A DNA stretch of 20,000 nucleotides, from IMG/VR virus record IMGVR_UViG_3300029448_000026, positions 44,124-64,123 of that record, one strand, 5' to 3'. Positions 17,001-20,000 of the stretch are shown here, in pieces. The translations under genes and the position numbers were made by a program. Every line of letters starts with the position of its first letter. Positions within the stretch are counted from its first letter, which is position 1. The notes under the pieces are model-generated. The model was not told where the DNA came from and ran no database searches. It saw nothing but the letters and a program-made list of their open reading frames with translations. Source of the DNA: an uncultured virus (IMG/VR IMGVR_UViG_3300029448_000026) (lineage: Duplodnaviria; Heunggongvirae; Uroviricota; Caudoviricetes).

Positions 17001-20000
17001 ATTTGGTTCTCCACCTATTCTACCATTTAGGAAACCTACTATGTTGTTTTTAAATCTATCCCATAGAGATACTTTAATTGCAGGAGCTTCTTTACGAGGG
17101 GATTTTATTTCTTGCAGGGTGCTTCTAAAACTAACATTGCTTAAAGCTTCTGAAAGAAAATCATCTAAGGAGACAATACTTACATCTCCCCCAAGAGTAT
17201 CCTTAACATCTTTATGTAGTAATTTAAGACGACTTACAAACGCTTGTGCTTTAGGATCTCTCAACGCTTTGTATGTCACAGCATGTATAAGTTCATGCAG
17301 TATAACATGTGTATTCATACCCTGTTGGCTATTAAGGTATATCGTGTTTTCTTTAGGATCATACGCACCATATGGAATATCGTCACCTAGTTTTGTATTT
17401 TCTTTTACAACAAATACGCGTGGGTTGCCCATATCGTTAATTAATCTTCTAAGAAGTTTTTCTACCGTTCTATTAGCGTTCTTAAAGTAATTTGATGTTT
17501 CTTTTGCATCTATTAAATCCTGTAAGGCTTCTTTAAATAGAGCTGGGTCTTTATTTTTAGCTGATTGTCTTATCTTTGCACTTACGTTTGCAGGTAACTC
17601 TCTCCCCTTTACAAGATCTTTTTTGTATTCGGACTTTGACAAGGCTATTTGTTTTCTGTAACCCGCAATTTCTTTGCTTATTTGTTCATTTAAATAAACA
17701 TTTGCTTCTTTCGATAGATTTTTTGATACCCATTCTTTGGCTAACAGAGCATTAGTTGTACCCGTGCCTTTATAAAATTCTTTATCAAAACGTGGATAAT
17801 CAGTTGTTCGTATCGTAGCAGACCCCTCTGCTATATCAGACGCAATATTATCTAACACAGCTTGAGGGTAAGCTGATCGTCTAAAATACATTTGTGCTTT
17901 GCCTGCTGGGTTTGATTTGTCTCTAGTTGTTAAGGCTTTTTTAGTTAGACTAAGTATTTCTCTAAAATCATCATAAGTCGCAGGATCATTTATTTTAATT
18001 TTCTTTGGATCTTTAGGATCTACTTCTTCTCTGTAAGCTTTACCATCTTTACCCACTTCAGGCATTGCATATTGATCTACACCCTCTTTGTCAGTTTTAG
18101 GCGCTACTGCTAAATTTTTCTGTAAGTCTTCTATAACTTTTAGTTTATATTCACCTTCTTTTTTCTGCCTTAATTTTCTATTCGCTTCTTTTATAACTTC
18201 GTTAGGGTCTTCAAACTTGCTACCTTTTAATTTTTTGGTAGGAACTTGAGCATTTTTGTTTATAACATCAGTACGTGCCATAAAAGATCCAAACCCTTCA
18301 GCCTCTTTACCTAACGAGTTTAACCCACTTTTAAAATCTTCTGGACTCATGTCTATACCCAAAGCATCTGCTGTAGCTACGTTGTCTTTTACAACATCAT
18401 TGTTAGTAGCCATTTCCATGCGGTCTCGTATGTAATCATCAAGATCTGAGCTTAGATTAGGTCTTGATTCAGCATCTGGGTCAACAGCATCATCAGTTAT
18501 ACCAAACTTCCCTGAATCTTTTTTATCAATGTCTTCTTCAGCAGTAGCAGCGCGACCCTGATCTTCAATGATTTCTTCTTTAGGAGTAGCAGCGCCAGTG
18601 TCTTCATCAATTTCAATACCGTATTTTTGTTTTAGTTCGTTAAACGCTTTATTTATACGTTTATCACCTGCAGGTGCTTTTGGTAAATATATACCATTGT
18701 CAGTAAATATTTTTCTTGTTTGGATGGGTAGAATCGTATCAACAAGATCATCAGGATCTACATTTTGAATAAAATTTAAAGAGCGATTTTTTAGTGATGT
18801 GTCTTCTTGCTCTTGGACTCCATCTGTTTCTCCAGCAGGTCTTCCACGATCTCCCAATCCAACGGATGTAGATGATGCAACTCCTTTGGTATCGTTGCTT
18901 GGGAGTTCTCCAACCACGTTTTGTATACTACTTGAAACGCCAACTCCAGTTGTTTCTTCGTCAGTTTGCTTGATATCATCTTTTTTTCGCGCTAATAACG
19001 TTTCTTTTATTTTTTCTTTTAAAAAGTTTTGTTCATCTGTTAAAGGTTTTTTGAGTTTACCTTCTTCAGATAACGTACCTTTAAGATTTTTATAGGTATC
19101 ATCTATTGTAGGTACTGTTTCTTTAGTTTCAACTGTTTCTTTTGGTTTTGCTTTTGGGCTTGGTGCGGTTATTTTTTTTGGTGGAGGTTGTTGTATCTTT
19201 TCTTCAATATCAGAATCAGTTACACTGCCACGTTTTCTAACCGCAAGGTCTAATATTCCTTGTACAAATGCACCTACAGCTCCGCCATACGCAGCCTCTT
19301 CACCAGTTTGCTCAAACAAGTCTTGTTGTGGGTTGTAACCTTTTGCAATAGCATTTTGTAAAATACCTGCTACAGCTTCTTGCCCACCTTCTATACCTCC
19401 TGATGCTGCAGCCCTATAGGCTCTTTTAAATAAACTAGCTCTTTCTCCAGGACTAAGAACTTTTAACAATTTAATTGGCAAGAGTTCTGTAAGACCAACA
19501 GCCCCACCTAAAAGAGCAGCTTTGTTTCTTTCTTCTTGTGTTGTGCCAAAAGCTCGCGCTCTTTCACTTGCTTCCCCTGCTCCTGCTCCTATTGCTGTAG
19601 ATGCTGCTAAAGGAAGTCCAACATATGGTAGTAAAGATGTTATACCTAATGCACCAAAAGAACCTAATGCCTCACCAAACCTACGAGGTACAGAGTCTTC
19701 TAATCCTGGCGCAGCTTTAGTAGCATCTAATTCAAAAAAATCTTTTACACCTTTTCTAGCTTTTAATTCTGTTTCTTCACCAAAAGGAGTTATAGCGCCA
19801 AGAGCTGCCGACTCAAACATTTGTACTGCCCCTGCCCTTGTTCCTTTTTGGAACTCGTTTAGTAAGGAAAGTATCCCAGGATCAGTTTTTGTTTGTCTAG
19901 TTAGGTAAGGAGATATGTAAGGTGTGGAGGTAGGTGTTACAGTAGACTGTCGTTTTTGTTGTTGTTTTCTAGAATATAGATCAACTAATTCATTCCAAGT
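14006..20000 (-). CDS. Large polyvalent virion/ejection-type protein (~2,000 aa or more; start beyond the window; two N gaps)
   Basis: Frame open from 20000 to the gap at 15097; resumes at 15087 (EKALTP...) in frame with ORF 14350-15003, and at 14398 (LFEKSIT...) in frame with ORF 14006-14272. Contains a Gly/Ala-rich hydrophobic N-region, GAYDP/HELIH/SEALSN zincin motifs and PYIPLVRKGQY (PLxRFG-like). Confidence 0.85.
14400..14409. other. Assembly gap (10 N)
   Basis: Run of Ns causing an apparent frame break. Confidence 0.99.
15088..15097. other. Assembly gap (10 N)
   Basis: Run of Ns causing an apparent frame break. Confidence 0.99.
18791..18979 (-). CDS. Candidate overprinted +1-frame ORF (62 aa) nested in the giant gene
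   Basis: Amphipathic, protein-like sequence overlying a low-complexity stretch of the main frame; preceded by an A7 run. Confidence 0.4.
   Translation of the reverse strand: MISSKLTKKQLELAFQVVYKTWLENSQATIPKELHHLHPLDWEIVEDLLEKQMESKSKKTHH

Noticed and set aside
333..19908. Remaining short antisense or overlapping ORFs in the track (e.g. 16990-17490 +, 19522-19908 +, 4469-4804 -)
   Set aside because: Shadow ORFs of long genes with no RBS and no protein-like pattern.

Overview
AT-rich dsDNA tailed-phage genome fragment, probably marine (inferred), with two 10-N scaffold gaps. The plus strand (1-13.9 kb) starts with unknown genes and continues into a replication module: VRR-NUC nuclease, DUF6378-like protein, family A DNA polymerase (Leu762 type), Cas4-like PD-(D/E)XK exonuclease, HNH-like protein, SNF2 helicase, HTH protein, SSB, and an AEP primase-DUF927 helicase fusion. 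A SleB-like cell wall hydrolase follows. The minus strand (14.0 kb to beyond the window end) carries one ~2,000-aa polyvalent virion/ejection-type protein with an HExxH metallopeptidase and a PLxRFG-like motif, split in the ORF track only by the N gaps. The most interesting signals are regulatory. (1) A ~63-nt candidate sRNA at 13945-14007 has its own promoter and terminator, and its seed is complementary to the GGAGAAYGA ribosome-binding sites of four genes in the window. (2) GTTAGT-N5-ACTAAC occurs four times, all in the first 3.1 kb. (3) A three-way-junction RNA lies in front of the primase, and a pseudoknot-containing spacer lies at 3.45-3.62 kb. (4) Several microproteins are below the ORF-track cutoff, one ending in an SSB-tail-like EEEIPF. 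(5) A protein-like +1 ORF is nested in the giant gene behind an A7 run. All family assignments come from motif recognition by eye; no searches were run.
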